A DNA stretch of 64,000 nt, taken from positions 1 to 64,000 of the forward strand of contig SDNP01000013.1 of assembly GCA_004524445.1 (NCBI GenBank). Direction: 5' to 3'. This document shows, one piece after another, positions 38,904-49,676 of the stretch. Position numbers and translations under genes: made by a program. Within the stretch, counting starts at the first letter, position 1; each line of letters starts with the position of its first letter. The stretch comes from Candidatus Thorarchaeota archaeon (GTDB lineage: Archaea > Asgardarchaeota > Thorarchaeia > Thorarchaeales > Thorarchaeaceae). The notes under the pieces are model-generated. The model saw nothing but the letters and a program-made list of their open reading frames with translations, ran no database searches and was not told the origin of the DNA.

Positions 38904-39023
38904 CTATTCTTCCCCGCGTTCTTCTCCATATACAGAATATGCAAGGATTATGACCAAGGCTATGATGCCCAGTGCGTTCAATAGGATAAAGAGCACCGAT
39001 TCGATGAAGGTTGTTGATTGCAT
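38904..39023 (-). CDS. 39-aa single-TM micro-protein, OST4-like (MQSTTFIESVLFILLNALGIIALVIILAYSVYGEERGEE)
   Basis: Manual translation; ATTATAAG TATA about 30 nt upstream; E..L.I..N.LG.........Y pattern. Confidence 0.6.
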   Translation of the reverse strand: MQSTTFIESVLFILLNALGIIALVIILAYSVYGEERGEE

Positions 39024-39090
39024 GGGAATCGCTTCTGCACATTTGGGCTGGTCTTATAATCATTGCTGAAGAGATGGACTTGTACTAGTC

Positions 39091-39345
39091 CTATGCAGTG
39101 CCCGCTTGCCGGGCCTCATAAAATCTATCAATAAATGAACCGTATATATCAACAGGTTCAGTCAGCTCGTTGACTTCGTCGATTGTCATCTCTAGTCCGC
39201 AAGATCCGCACTTGACAGTTGCCATCACTTCTTTACGATACAAGTCAATTTTGATGGCAGTATTTCCGCATGAAGGACAAGGATAAACATCAGGAATTCT
39301 CTTCTGCGGCCTTCTTCTGGATTTTTGTCTTCGTCTTCTTCCCAC
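39091..39345 (-). CDS. elf1: Transcription elongation factor Elf1
   Basis: MGRRRR, CPSC...CGSC, EPVDIYGSFID. Confidence 0.9.
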   Translation of the reverse strand: MGRRRRQKSRRRPQKRIPDVYPCPSCGNTAIKIDLYRKEVMATVKCGSCGLEMTIDEVNELTEPVDIYGSFIDRFYEARQAGTA

Positions 39346-39499
39346 TGTTTGTCACCAAACTTGCCTATTTCACACTTAGAGCTCAAGTCTAGGTAGAAAC
39401 AGAGCAGTTGGACCCTCGAGGGTGTTGATTTAAAGATTATGATACCTATTTAGCTCAAAGAGCAAAGCTTTCATATTAGAGTCCTATGCCGATTGCTTA

Positions 39500-39733
39500 A
39501 TGTCAGATTTATCGAAGAATGCCAAATGCGTCTTGATGATCTTAGAAAGAGAAGGATCACTGACCACATCAGAGATCCTAGAAGTCGCGAAACAAGAACC
39601 TTACTCACAGTACTGTTCAGACTGTGCAGGTGGAGACTCTTTTGTGGCGGCCGCTAATCATTTAGTGAACGAAGGCTTAATCGAGAGGAAGTTTGGCAAA
39701 GGCGGCTACCGCTGGGAACTTGTTAAGGAATGA
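39500..39733 (+). CDS. Small winged-helix-like protein with CxxC
   Basis: LTTSEIL...CSDC...LVNEGLIERKFGKGGYRW; overlaps the desulfurase start. Confidence 0.6.
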   Translation: MSDLSKNAKCVLMILEREGSLTTSEILEVAKQEPYSQYCSDCAGGDSFVAAANHLVNEGLIERKFGKGGYRWELVKE

Positions 39734-40980
39734 TTAGAATGAACAAATGGGAAACAATCAGAGAAGAGTTTCCGGCTCTTCAGCGTACAATAAATGGCAG
39801 GAAGCTGGTGTATCTTGACAGTGCATGCATGTCATTGAAGCCTAATTCAGTAATTGAGGCGATGGACGAATACTACATGAAGTTTCCCGCGTGTGGTGGC
39901 AGAAGTATTCATCACCTTGGGGAGGAGGTTTCCAATGCCTATTCAGCGGCAAGAGATAAATTTGCCCGCTTCATAAATTCGCCCGAACCAAAACAAGTCA
40001 TATGGACCCGAAATGCCACCGAGTCATTGAATATAGTTGCACGATGTATTGACCTTCCCAAAAAATCAAAGATAGTTACCACAACTCTTGAGCATCATAG
40101 CGGGTCTCTCCCGTTTGTTGAACGGGCTCAGAGAGATAGTCTTGATATCGAGATTATTCCAGCTAATGATGATGGAACCTTCGATATTGAGGACTGGAAG
40201 AAGGCCATCGATAACAAAACAAGACTGGTATCCGTAGTGCATTCATCCAACGTCACGGGAACTGTGGCCCCTCTAAGAGAGATAATTGAGATTGCACATG
40301 ATAGAGGCGCACTTGTTGTGTCAGACGATGCACAATATGCCCCCCACCACCCCTTGAATGTTAGGAAATTAGATGTTGATTTTTCCGCCATATCGGTACA
40401 CAAGATGTGCGGTCCTACAGGCATGGGTGTGCTATATGGCAAGGAAGAACACTTGGATGAAATGGATATGCTCCTTCACGGTGGAGATACTGTCAGCAAT
40501 GTCCGTCTTGAAAATGGAAAAATAGTGCCCGAATATCTACCTCCTCCGGAGAAATATGAAGCAGGTTTGCAGAATTATGCTGGAGCAATAGGAGCGGGGG
40601 CCGCAGCTGAGTTCCTTCAATCTATTGGAATGAAGGCTATCGAAAAGCACGAACGCTCCATCTTGACTGATGTTTTATCCCAGATGCAAGATATGGAACA
40701 TGTGCATATTATTGGGACAGATAACATCGACATAAAGACCGGTCTTGTGACTTTCTATGTCGACACAGTCGAATCTGCCCATGATGTTGCTACATTTCTT
40801 AGTGAAGAATTTGCAGTAATGATTCGAAGTGGGGCACATTGTACCCATCCATTCCATTATCAATTAGGTCTCTCTTTGACAAAGGGTACCGCTCGGGCAA
40901 GTTTCTATCTGTATAATAATAAGCAAGACGCCAAGATGTTCATTGATGGTCTAAACACGCTAATAGATGCAAGTACTTAG
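39730..40980 (+). CDS. Cysteine desulfurase (SufS/CsdA-like)
   Basis: YLDSA, EHHS, DDAQ, SVHKMCGPTG, RSGAHC, RASFYLYN. Confidence 0.9.
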   Translation: MIRMNKWETIREEFPALQRTINGRKLVYLDSACMSLKPNSVIEAMDEYYMKFPACGGRSIHHLGEEVSNAYSAARDKFARFINSPEPKQVIWTRNATESLNIVARCIDLPKKSKIVTTTLEHHSGSLPFVERAQRDSLDIEIIPANDDGTFDIEDWKKAIDNKTRLVSVVHSSNVTGTVAPLREIIEIAHDRGALVVSDDAQYAPHHPLNVRKLDVDFSAISVHKMCGPTGMGVLYGKEEHLDEMDMLLHGGDTVSNVRLENGKIVPEYLPPPEKYEAGLQNYAGAIGAGAAAEFLQSIGMKAIEKHERSILTDVLSQMQDMEHVHIIGTDNIDIKTGLVTFYVDTVESAHDVATFLSEEFAVMIRSGAHCTHPFHYQLGLSLTKGTARASFYLYNNKQDAKMFIDGLNTLIDAST

Positions 40981-42755
40981 CCCAATAGATCCTCTATACT
41001 TGCCTTCATCTTCTTCACTTCTTCCACCGGATTGGCGAAGGAAAGACTATTCGCCCCAATGTCTAAGGATTCTCTATATCGATTAACACGTCCTCTAACA
41101 ACAACATAGGTTCCTAACATCTTGTCCATCTTCTCATCAATCGGTGCTCGTTCATTACTGGTCTTCTGAATTAGATCTTGAGCCTCTTCAGCCGTCATCT
41201 CCAGAAGCTTCTCACCTGCTTCCCCAAAAAGTGTGGTTCTAATCGAACCAGTGCCATCATCCACCGTTATTTTGTATAGCATTCGATATTCCGGTTGTTC
41301 CACTTCTTCGCCGCAACTCTTGCAGGTGTAGTTCCCTCTCTCTCCCACATCGAGTTTTTTCTTACAGCTTGGACATGCCGGATATACGGGACTAATTTGC
41401 CCTACTCCCACGATTATGCCACACACTTCAACATTCTGTCCTTCAACTGCTTCGTCAATGTCAACAATAGCTGTCCTATCTGCTGCCCCCGTTGGTCTTG
41501 AAGGCGCCTCCGGAAGCTCCAAATCCTCAATCTCAGAATCATCCGGATCGATTGATATGTCAGCAAATTTTCCTACTCCAAATTCTACGGCATCTCTGTA
41601 CCCCTTCTTTACATATCCGTGTTCAATACGGATTATGTCTCCCTCTTTCAAACTCTTAATCTTTTCAACATCATCATCCCAGAATGCTGCACGGATAGAC
41701 TGTCCAGACTCATCCACCACTATGATATTCTGTACTCGTCCAGTTGAATCATCACGATCGAACTCAGTAACGGGGAATATGCGGAAGACTTTTCCCTCCA
41801 AATCAACATCCCTCATGCCCACATTCATCTCATCTATAGTCTTTCTGCCAAGAGGTTCTCTGCGAGGTGTTTCAACCGACACCGCATCAATCTCCTCATC
41901 GAGATTTCTCTCAACTTTTGAAGAGCGCCCACTATGAACTTCCAGTTCGTCTGATCGTCCCTTTCTCGTGTAAGCCCCCCTTATTCGAATTACCTCTCCC
42001 TCTTCAATACCATCCATTTGCTCAGCAAGGTCATCCCAGAAGACTAACCGAATGCTCCCAGTTTCATCAGCGACAATCATACTCATTACTTTCCCCTCAC
42101 TACTGTCTGACTTACGAGTGAATGTAGAAAGCGGGAATACCCTCTTGGTTTCAACAGTCAGGGTGACATCATATTGTCTTTCCTCTAGGCTTTCAATCTT
42201 CAACGAATCCGGTGCATCAATATCAAAGTCCAATTCGAGCTCCTCTATTTCATAGTCTTCCAGTATGCGCAGCCCGCCCATTCTACCAAGATTCAGTTCG
42301 ATTTGATCTCGAAGCCCTTTCTTTGCATATGCACTTCTGAGTTGTACTACATCACCGATGCTTACAGCCCCCTCAGAAACTGCTTTTGTGACATCATCCC
42401 ACAATGCCACTCGAATGCTTCCAGTCTTATCTGCTACAACCATGCTAGCAACTTTGCCTTCTCCGGCATCCTTCCGGGAGAACTTACGAACCGGCCCAAT
42501 ATGAACAACTTTAGCTGTAAGTGTTACATTTCGAGTGTTCTCTGAAATGTCCTCAATCTTTTGGCGCGATCTCGGAGAAACCTGTTGCAAATCAATGCCC
42601 AATTCACGTGCCACAATCATTGCTGCAGACTCTTCATTGATAATTTCAGGACCCAATTCTTGCCGTTTTTCCTCAATCAAATTGAGGACTTCTTTTCTAT
42701 CATACTCCGGCAAATGCTTTAGTATTGCTTGAATGGTTTCCTCCAGTGTTATCAT
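40977..42755 (-). CDS. rpa: Replication protein A (multi-OB fold plus Zn finger)
   Basis: Repeated D.TGSIR..LWDD OB folds; CPSC...CKSC. Confidence 0.9.
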   Translation of the reverse strand: MITLEETIQAILKHLPEYDRKEVLNLIEEKRQELGPEIINEESAAMIVARELGIDLQQVSPRSRQKIEDISENTRNVTLTAKVVHIGPVRKFSRKDAGEGKVASMVVADKTGSIRVALWDDVTKAVSEGAVSIGDVVQLRSAYAKKGLRDQIELNLGRMGGLRILEDYEIEELELDFDIDAPDSLKIESLEERQYDVTLTVETKRVFPLSTFTRKSDSSEGKVMSMIVADETGSIRLVFWDDLAEQMDGIEEGEVIRIRGAYTRKGRSDELEVHSGRSSKVERNLDEEIDAVSVETPRREPLGRKTIDEMNVGMRDVDLEGKVFRIFPVTEFDRDDSTGRVQNIIVVDESGQSIRAAFWDDDVEKIKSLKEGDIIRIEHGYVKKGYRDAVEFGVGKFADISIDPDDSEIEDLELPEAPSRPTGAADRTAIVDIDEAVEGQNVEVCGIIVGVGQISPVYPACPSCKKKLDVGERGNYTCKSCGEEVEQPEYRMLYKITVDDGTGSIRTTLFGEAGEKLLEMTAEEAQDLIQKTSNERAPIDEKMDKMLGTYVVVRGRVNRYRESLDIGANSLSFANPVEEVKKMKASIEDLLG

Positions 42756-42971
42756 ATTCAATCTCATTCCTGAGGCAAGATGGTGGTGTACCTCACTACT
42801 AGTGATAATCGTATATGCTTTAAAGCTCACTACTCGTAAAAAGAGAGAAACACAATAAGTGAAGAAAACTTACAGGCCGGCATGGCAACTCTAAAAAACA
42901 GACACCCATATCAAGAATCAAAACGTCCGAAAGATAGAATATGAATCCTACAATAACAAGAGTGAATAGAA

Positions 42972-45900
42972 GTGAATGATTCACGACCTCCTCTTCCAAA
43001 GCATAGTGTCAGCTACAAAGAATACTTCGACTCTCTTAGTGAACAGATAGATGAGATATACAAAGTGGCTGAAAAAGCTAGAGCTACAGGATGGGATCCC
43101 GCACCAAGGGTAGAAATACCAAAAGCCCATGATGTGGCCGCGCGTGTGGAGGCTACTCTTGATGGTCCTACTGGTGTAGCTAGCCGCATACGGGAGCTAC
43201 AGGAACAAAACTCTCGAGAAGAGGTAGCGTTTCAAGTCGCTAAGGAAATCGCCCAGGGAACTCTAGGAAACATTACTGATATGGAAAAAGCGGCTGATAA
43301 GGCGGTACGTGTTGCCTTGGCTATTCTCACAGAGAGTATCACTGCAGCCCCTCTTGAAGGGATCTCCAAAGTGCGGATCCATGACCCCAAGGGAACTCCT
43401 TATTTGGCCCTTTATCTTGCGGGACCCATCAGGGCTGCAGGCGGTACAGAGGCGGCCGTAACAGTCTTGGTTGCTGATTATGTTAGACAAGTTCTTGGTC
43501 TACCTGCATTCGTTGCTACAGAAGAAGAAGTTGAGCGATCGTTGGAAGAAGTTGAGCTGTATGCTCGGTCTGTTCATCTTCAGTACCCCGTTCATCCCGA
43601 GCTTGTGCGATTTGCGGCTTCAAATCTGTCTATAATGCTGACTGGTGATCCAACTGAAGAGTTCGAGGTGTCTGCTGGACGCAACCTAGATAGAATTGAA
43701 ACCAATAGAGTTCGGGGCGGATCAGTTTTAGTCTTGAATGATGGTGTGGTAGGCAGGGCATCAAAACTAGCTAAGATTGTACATAGCCTCAAGATATCTG
43801 GCTGGGAGTGGCTGGATGAACTTGCCGCAAAGATGTCAAAAGCTGATGCTAGCGAATCCGAAGAAACATCCACGAAGGAATTGGAACCCAAATCTGACTA
43901 TCTCGCGGATGTGATTGGTGGCAGACCCGTATTTGCTCATCCCTCCAGAATTGGAGGATTTCGTCTTCGATATGGGCGGTCAAGAAACACAGGTCTCGCT
44001 GGAGTTGGGGTTCATCCTGCAACTATGCTCTTGGTTGACGAATTTCTGTCCCCTGGAACGCACATTCGCACAGAACGCCCTGGTAAGGGTTCAATCGTAG
44101 CTCCAGTTGATACCATTGAGGGGCCTATAGTTTTGCTAGAAGGCGGAGAAGTTCGGCAGATATTTTCATATACAGAGGCTAAGAAAGTAGCAGATAAGGT
44201 TCAAAGAGTTCTATATCTGGGGGACATTCTTATCGCTTTAGGCGAATTTTTGGAAAACAACCATCCACTTGTGCCATCGGGTTACTGTGAGGAATGGTGG
44301 TCCCATGATTTGGAGAATGCGTATACTGGACTAAGTAGCACTGAGTCGGAAAAGATTCTTCATGATAAATCCGTTTCAATTGATGAAATCAATGCCCTAA
44401 TCGAATCACCACTCTCTCTGATTCCTCGTCCCGAGAAGGCTCTTGATATCTCTCTGGCACTTGATATCCCTCTTCATCCAAGATACACTTGGCGGTGGCA
44501 AGCTCTTTCAGTTAACGAATTTCTCGAATTGAGGAGCTGGATTTTATCTTCACTTACAGAATCAAAAAACAAGAAAGAAGATTCCATCACTTTGCCCCAC
44601 CACCTCGAAAACAAGAAACTTCTAGAAAAGATGGGAACTCCTCATTCCCTAGATGATGAAAACAATCTATTGATTACAGCAGCTCTAGATGTGATATTGG
44701 CTCAGTTGGGTGATAGTAAATCGACTCCAATCGGAGAAACCCCTCTTGAAGCCGTCAATTCGGTATCAAAAGTCGAGATTCGAGACCGAGTCGGTTTCTC
44801 TATTGGAGCTCGCATGGGTCGCCCTGAAAAAGCTGAAGTTAGAAAAATGCGCCCAGCAGTTCATGTACTATTTCCGGTGGGCCGTGCAATGGCCAGTGAG
44901 CGTCGAATCGAGCGAGTTGCTGAGGGCGTTGAATCTGTGGCAAAACTAGACTCATTCCATATAACTGACCGTCAAGATCGGGCACCCACAAAAGAAAAAC
45001 AAAAATCTGGTATTGAGGTCGAGCTCGTAAATAGGCAGTGCCCCGAGTGTGGGGAGAAAACCTTCAAAGCTAAATGTCCGGCATGTGGGACACATACAGA
45101 AACCCAACTCTTTTGTTCTCATGTCGATTCTCGTGGGGAAAAATGTGATCTTCCTCTTGACAAATCAAAGGGCACCTGTCCCCGCGGACATGATCTCAAT
45201 CTGTTACTCTCAACGGATAGAGTATTTGTTGACATTCAGGATGAGCTGAATCAAGTCAAAATGATGCTAAACGAGCCACAGACTTATGACTTGAGAGGCG
45301 TTCTTGGCCTGACCAATGATCTCAAAATTCCCGAGTTCTTAGGTAAAGGGGTGTTGAGGGCGAAACACGATGTGTACTGCTATCGCGATGGGACAGCACG
45401 GTTCGATGCCACTGATGCACCTTTGACACATTTCACGCCAAACGAAATCGGTGTACCCTTCTGGAGACTAAGAGAACTGGGATACCATTCCGATTATGAT
45501 GGCGAACCACTGACTTCTGATAACCAGACTCTTGAGTTGAAAGTTCAAGATATTATCATTCCTGAGAAATGTGCAGAATACATGATACGAGTCGGAAATT
45601 TTGTCGATGATTGTTTAGATAAGATATATGGTCTCGAACGGTTCTATAATTTCTCTGTGCCAGAAGACGTGATTGGACATTTAGTCATCGGCCTCGCTCC
45701 TCATACATCAGCTGGAATCATTGGACGAATCATAGGTTTTACTACAGCGAGTCTTTCATACGCTCATCCTTATTGGCATGCAGCCAAGCGCCGTAATTGT
45801 GACGGTGATGAGGATGCCATCATTCTCGTCATGGACGCATTAACGAATTTTTCAAGGCACTATCTTCCGAAGGGACGGGGCGGGTTCATGGATGCCCCTC

Positions 45901-46538
45901 TCGTTCTCTCAGTGATTCTAAACCCCTCCGAAGTCGATGATGAGAGCCACAATATGGAGGTATGCAGACGCTATCCAGCTCATTTTTATGAAATGGTCGC
46001 AGAGGCAAAGCATCCCAAGATTGTTGAGAATCTAGTAGATATCATTGCATCCAGATTGGATTCAGAAGCTCAGTATGAGGGCTTTGGATTCACTCACAAC
46101 ACTTCCAACTTTGATATGGGTCCTACAAACACCCGTTACAAGACTCTCGGCAGCATGGTTGAGAAACTTGAGGCGCAATTACAGCTTGCCACGCTTATTG
46201 ATGCAGTAGACTCAAAGGATGTCGCAGAACGAGTTCTCTCTCATCACTTTTTGCGGGACATTCGAGGCAATCTAAGAGCATACTCCACCCAGAAGACACA
46301 CTGTGTAAAATGCCACCGTGTATATCGTCGCCCTCCGCTCTCAGGCAAATGCGTCTGTGGTGAAACCCTATCCTTAACGGTGCGGGAGCGAAATATTAGC
46401 AAATATCTTGAGCTTGCCCAAGATGTGATTGATAATCATGGGCTTGGAGAATATCTAAAACAGCGGCTCAGCTTGATTAATCAATCACTTGATTCGCTTT
46501 TCGTTTCCGAACAGACACTACTTGAGGAATTTTTCTAG
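42972..46538 (+). CDS. polC: DNA polymerase D large subunit DP2
   Basis: AGPIRAAGGT, FRLRYGRSR, AKRRNCDGDED, C-terminal Zn finger; no intein seen. Confidence 0.97.
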   Translation: MNDSRPPLPKHSVSYKEYFDSLSEQIDEIYKVAEKARATGWDPAPRVEIPKAHDVAARVEATLDGPTGVASRIRELQEQNSREEVAFQVAKEIAQGTLGNITDMEKAADKAVRVALAILTESITAAPLEGISKVRIHDPKGTPYLALYLAGPIRAAGGTEAAVTVLVADYVRQVLGLPAFVATEEEVERSLEEVELYARSVHLQYPVHPELVRFAASNLSIMLTGDPTEEFEVSAGRNLDRIETNRVRGGSVLVLNDGVVGRASKLAKIVHSLKISGWEWLDELAAKMSKADASESEETSTKELEPKSDYLADVIGGRPVFAHPSRIGGFRLRYGRSRNTGLAGVGVHPATMLLVDEFLSPGTHIRTERPGKGSIVAPVDTIEGPIVLLEGGEVRQIFSYTEAKKVADKVQRVLYLGDILIALGEFLENNHPLVPSGYCEEWWSHDLENAYTGLSSTESEKILHDKSVSIDEINALIESPLSLIPRPEKALDISLALDIPLHPRYTWRWQALSVNEFLELRSWILSSLTESKNKKEDSITLPHHLENKKLLEKMGTPHSLDDENNLLITAALDVILAQLGDSKSTPIGETPLEAVNSVSKVEIRDRVGFSIGARMGRPEKAEVRKMRPAVHVLFPVGRAMASERRIERVAEGVESVAKLDSFHITDRQDRAPTKEKQKSGIEVELVNRQCPECGEKTFKAKCPACGTHTETQLFCSHVDSRGEKCDLPLDKSKGTCPRGHDLNLLLSTDRVFVDIQDELNQVKMMLNEPQTYDLRGVLGLTNDLKIPEFLGKGVLRAKHDVYCYRDGTARFDATDAPLTHFTPNEIGVPFWRLRELGYHSDYDGEPLTSDNQTLELKVQDIIIPEKCAEYMIRVGNFVDDCLDKIYGLERFYNFSVPEDVIGHLVIGLAPHTSAGIIGRIIGFTTASLSYAHPYWHAAKRRNCDGDEDAIILVMDALTNFSRHYLPKGRGGFMDAPLVLSVILNPSEVDDESHNMEVCRRYPAHFYEMVAEAKHPKIVENLVDIIASRLDSEAQYEGFGFTHNTSNFDMGPTNTRYKTLGSMVEKLEAQLQLATLIDAVDSKDVAERVLSHHFLRDIRGNLRAYSTQKTHCVKCHRVYRRPPLSGKCVCGETLSLTVRERNISKYLELAQDVIDNHGLGEYLKQRLSLINQSLDSLFVSEQTLLEEFF

Positions 46539-46539
46539 A

Positions 46540-47388
46540 CTACTCATTAACTGTGAGTTTCAAGAGCGTTTTATCTTCAATCATTCCAATCAGATTGCCT
46601 GTTGCCGATAGAACTGGTGCTTGGTCTATGTCATTCTTGCGAAGAACACGGACACACTCAGAAACCGTTGAAACCTCACTAACACTGATGATGCTTTCTG
46701 TCATAACTTCCTTTATGGGCACGTTTGGCAGCTTCAGGAGGCGTTTGGTTACTACAAGAAAGTCTTTGGAGGTCCAACCCCAGTCGACCTTCTTGTCTGT
46801 TCCACTATAAGTAGTAGAAACATTGTCCTCTATCTCCACCTCCGAGAGTCGGATATAATCACTTACAGAAATGAGACCAGAAATGCCGCCTGCAGTATTC
46901 ACAACAACCAGTGCATTCTTATTGGCCATTTCCATTATCAGATAGGATAGCGGCAGGGGCGTTTGATCCCACACTGAAACTATTTGTCTGGAAACAAAGT
47001 CCTTGATACTCATTGATTGGTATTTTTCGTCGCCCTCCAATAATGCACCAAGAATATCTGGAATCGATATCAGTCCCACAAGCTCCTCATCTTCAACAAC
47101 AGGTAATCTTCTATATCCCCTTTCCAGCATCATTTTGGCGGCTGTTTTCGCATGAGTTCTTGGCGTTACAGTATCCGGGTCTCGTACCATAAGCATCGCA
47201 AGCTGATTCTCATCAGCTTTCTGCAACAAGTCTGACCTGGTAACTATCCCTACCAATTTCTTGTTTTCTTTCTTCACAACGGGCAGTCCATTGATTTGCT
47301 TTTCAGCCATTATTTGTAGAACGTCCTCTCTAGTACCAGGTACTGAAACATATACAACATCTGATTGCATACAATCTTTTACTAACAT
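46540..47388 (-). CDS. CBS-domain protein
   Basis: Four CBS repeats. Confidence 0.88.
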   Translation of the reverse strand: MLVKDCMQSDVVYVSVPGTREDVLQIMAEKQINGLPVVKKENKKLVGIVTRSDLLQKADENQLAMLMVRDPDTVTPRTHAKTAAKMMLERGYRRLPVVEDEELVGLISIPDILGALLEGDEKYQSMSIKDFVSRQIVSVWDQTPLPLSYLIMEMANKNALVVVNTAGGISGLISVSDYIRLSEVEIEDNVSTTYSGTDKKVDWGWTSKDFLVVTKRLLKLPNVPIKEVMTESIISVSEVSTVSECVRVLRKNDIDQAPVLSATGNLIGMIEDKTLLKLTVNE

Positions 47389-47547
47389 TGCTGAGTACTC
47401 CTCTGCCAGATTAGGGTTGAACATAGCGTACCTCAATATATTCTTCAATGAGCACGCTTACTGCATAATTCTTCGGAACATGAATAGAGTGCTTGAGAGC
47501 CTTTTATGTGTATCCTTAGTTCAATCTCCGAACATATGGATGTAGTG

Positions 47548-48108
47548 TCACCAGGGGTTATCTTTTAGCCCTAGAAGAAAGCTGATTGCATTTGAGAACC
47601 AATGAACTCCCAAAGTCACACCAACAAGAATGATGACATAAATCGCAGCTGGTTGGATAATAGGTGATGCAAAGATAAGGGACATAATGATGAAACCAAT
47701 TTGATCCAAAACCGGTGCTGGATTACCACTCTTCACATCAATTCTTCTTTTCACAAATGATCCAATAAGGTCGCCCATAAGAGCGCCTAAGGAAAGAAGA
47801 AACCCCGTAATAGGGCCAATGAAGAGCAGGCTTTCCATCTCTGCAGTGACAACAACGTACTCCGTCAAGACTGGAAAAATAAGGGGCGCAATGCTGCTCT
47901 GAATAAAACCTGTTAGGGTCCCCAAGAGAACCCCAACTACAAAACCACGGATAGTCTTGCCATCGCCTAAAAGCCTATGCCCGTCACGAAATAGTGTGCC
48001 TCTGTCAATGGGCATACCCCCGCCAAAGATGACTGGTGTAGAATTTGCAATCCATGCTGGAAGGGCGAACCAAATGGCAATTTCCAGCAGAGCGATTTCT
48101 TCATACAT
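47548..48108 (-). CDS. carS: CDP-archaeol synthase
   Basis: ANSTPV, LLGDGKTIRG, GDLIGSFVKRR, LDQ, GLKDNPW. Confidence 0.92.
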   Translation of the reverse strand: MYEEIALLEIAIWFALPAWIANSTPVIFGGGMPIDRGTLFRDGHRLLGDGKTIRGFVVGVLLGTLTGFIQSSIAPLIFPVLTEYVVVTAEMESLLFIGPITGFLLSLGALMGDLIGSFVKRRIDVKSGNPAPVLDQIGFIIMSLIFASPIIQPAAIYVIILVGVTLGVHWFSNAISFLLGLKDNPW

Positions 48109-48158
48109 TCAGATTATGGCTCCTAAAATGATTCCACGTAAATTTCATTTCACTCTTT

Positions 48159-48854
48159 CTACTGCGTGTCGTTGGTAGACAGTCCATGACTAGTGATATT
48201 AACGAGCCCTTTTGATGGTTCACCATCAGGTACAAGCCTTTCAAGAAGCCGTTCTCCTCTTTGAGGACGAGTTCTCATTCTCACTACTACATCTGACCAG
48301 TAATCTAGGATATTACTTGCAACCGGCTCAAACCTATTTATGCCATTCATACTAGCTGTAACTTGATTTAATGCAAGCACAGCTACTCGCTTATTCCTAG
48401 CCAACCCCTTCAAGAACCCACAGTGCCTATTCAATTCGCGATGCGCCACATAATTGCTCTTCTTATCATCAAGAACCGTCCTGTACAATCTCGTTAAAGT
48501 ATCAAATACCAATAATTTCGTATTGGGTTTCATATATAGTTCCAAGTCTTCAATTAGTGTCCCCTGCTCATTAAAAGAATGGGGCATAAATATTTGGAAA
48601 TGCGATTTCATACTCTCCACATCCTTTCCTGCAATTTGCTCTAGCCTTTCAATAGGTGAGGAGCCTTCAGTATTGACATAAATGACTGCCATATCCAGCC
48701 GTATCGCACTCCTCACGAACTGAAGGGCAAACGTAGTCTTTCCCGATGCGGCTTCCCCGAATACGTGTGTAAGTAGTCCTCCACGAATTCCGCCGGCTAG
48801 AACTTTATCGATTACATTCACCCCAGACGGAAGAATCAAATTATAGGTCACCAC
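48159..48854 (-). CDS. radB: RadB-like recombination protein
   Basis: DKVLAGG, GEAASGKT, NTEG, LNQV. Confidence 0.8.
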   Translation of the reverse strand: MVTYNLILPSGVNVIDKVLAGGIRGGLLTHVFGEAASGKTTFALQFVRSAIRLDMAVIYVNTEGSSPIERLEQIAGKDVESMKSHFQIFMPHSFNEQGTLIEDLELYMKPNTKLLVFDTLTRLYRTVLDDKKSNYVAHRELNRHCGFLKGLARNKRVAVLALNQVTASMNGINRFEPVASNILDYWSDVVVRMRTRPQRGERLLERLVPDGEPSKGLVNITSHGLSTNDTQ

Positions 48855-48857
48855 GCT

Positions 48858-49676
48858 GTGAATTATACTGCCAGAGTGATAAGCCTAGCTAAGAAGGAAG
48901 CAAACGTGCAAAGATGTGATGTAACAATCGCGACACGAAACCCCAAGACATACTATCTTCTAATTAAAATTCTCAAAGCACTAAATTTGGAATTCGTTAG
49001 CTGTACTCCAGACTCTGGCTTAGCAAATGATGCTAGGGTGGTAGTGACGACCAAGGTAGAATCCGTGGATGGTGCCAATGGGACAGTAGTTTTGGTTGAA
49101 GAAGAACCAGATCCTATGACTGCATCCGTTAGAATAATGTGTGCATATTTCGGAATCAGTAATCCCAAAGAAGCAATAATCGGGGTCGATCCGGGTATGA
49201 GATTTGGTCTAGCCCTGGTAATAGATGGGAATGTTATCTATACCAAGACCGTAACATCTCCCCCCTCGGCAGCAAATCTTGCACAGAAACTGGTAAAACA
49301 CCTTGATTCACTTTTTCCCGAATCTGCACTATCCATTCGTTTGGGAACGGGTTCTCGACTTTATTCAGCACTATTCCTACGTAGTCTGGGCGAGCTGACC
49401 AAAAACACGAACATCGAGCTGGTGGATGAGAAGCATACCACTATCCCAAACGGATACACCAAAGATCAGCTCTCCGCTATCCTAATTTCAGGACGGCCGG
49501 GGCGGCCCCCATCACCAAAAGACACGCGTCTAACCAACAAGAGGGGCTACATTCGATCACTACGAAATCTTGTCAGACGTCTATCTGATAATAAGAAACG
49601 CATGAGCGTGAAGGAGGCTCGAAAAGTCTTGCAGGGAGAATCTTCTTTGGATGATTTCATTGACATCGACCCCTAG
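48858..49676 (+). CDS. Hypothetical protein with RNase H/YqgF-like domain
   Basis: IGVDPG..FGLA, LGTG, VDEKHT. Confidence 0.6.
   Translation: MNYTARVISLAKKEANVQRCDVTIATRNPKTYYLLIKILKALNLEFVSCTPDSGLANDARVVVTTKVESVDGANGTVVLVEEEPDPMTASVRIMCAYFGISNPKEAIIGVDPGMRFGLALVIDGNVIYTKTVTSPPSAANLAQKLVKHLDSLFPESALSIRLGTGSRLYSALFLRSLGELTKNTNIELVDEKHTTIPNGYTKDQLSAILISGRPGRPPSPKDTRLTNKRGYIRSLRNLVRRLSDNKKRMSVKEARKVLQGESSLDDFIDIDP

Noticed and set aside
42972-46538. Intein in PolD DP2
   Set aside because: Normal length; the catalytic CDGDED region is uninterrupted.
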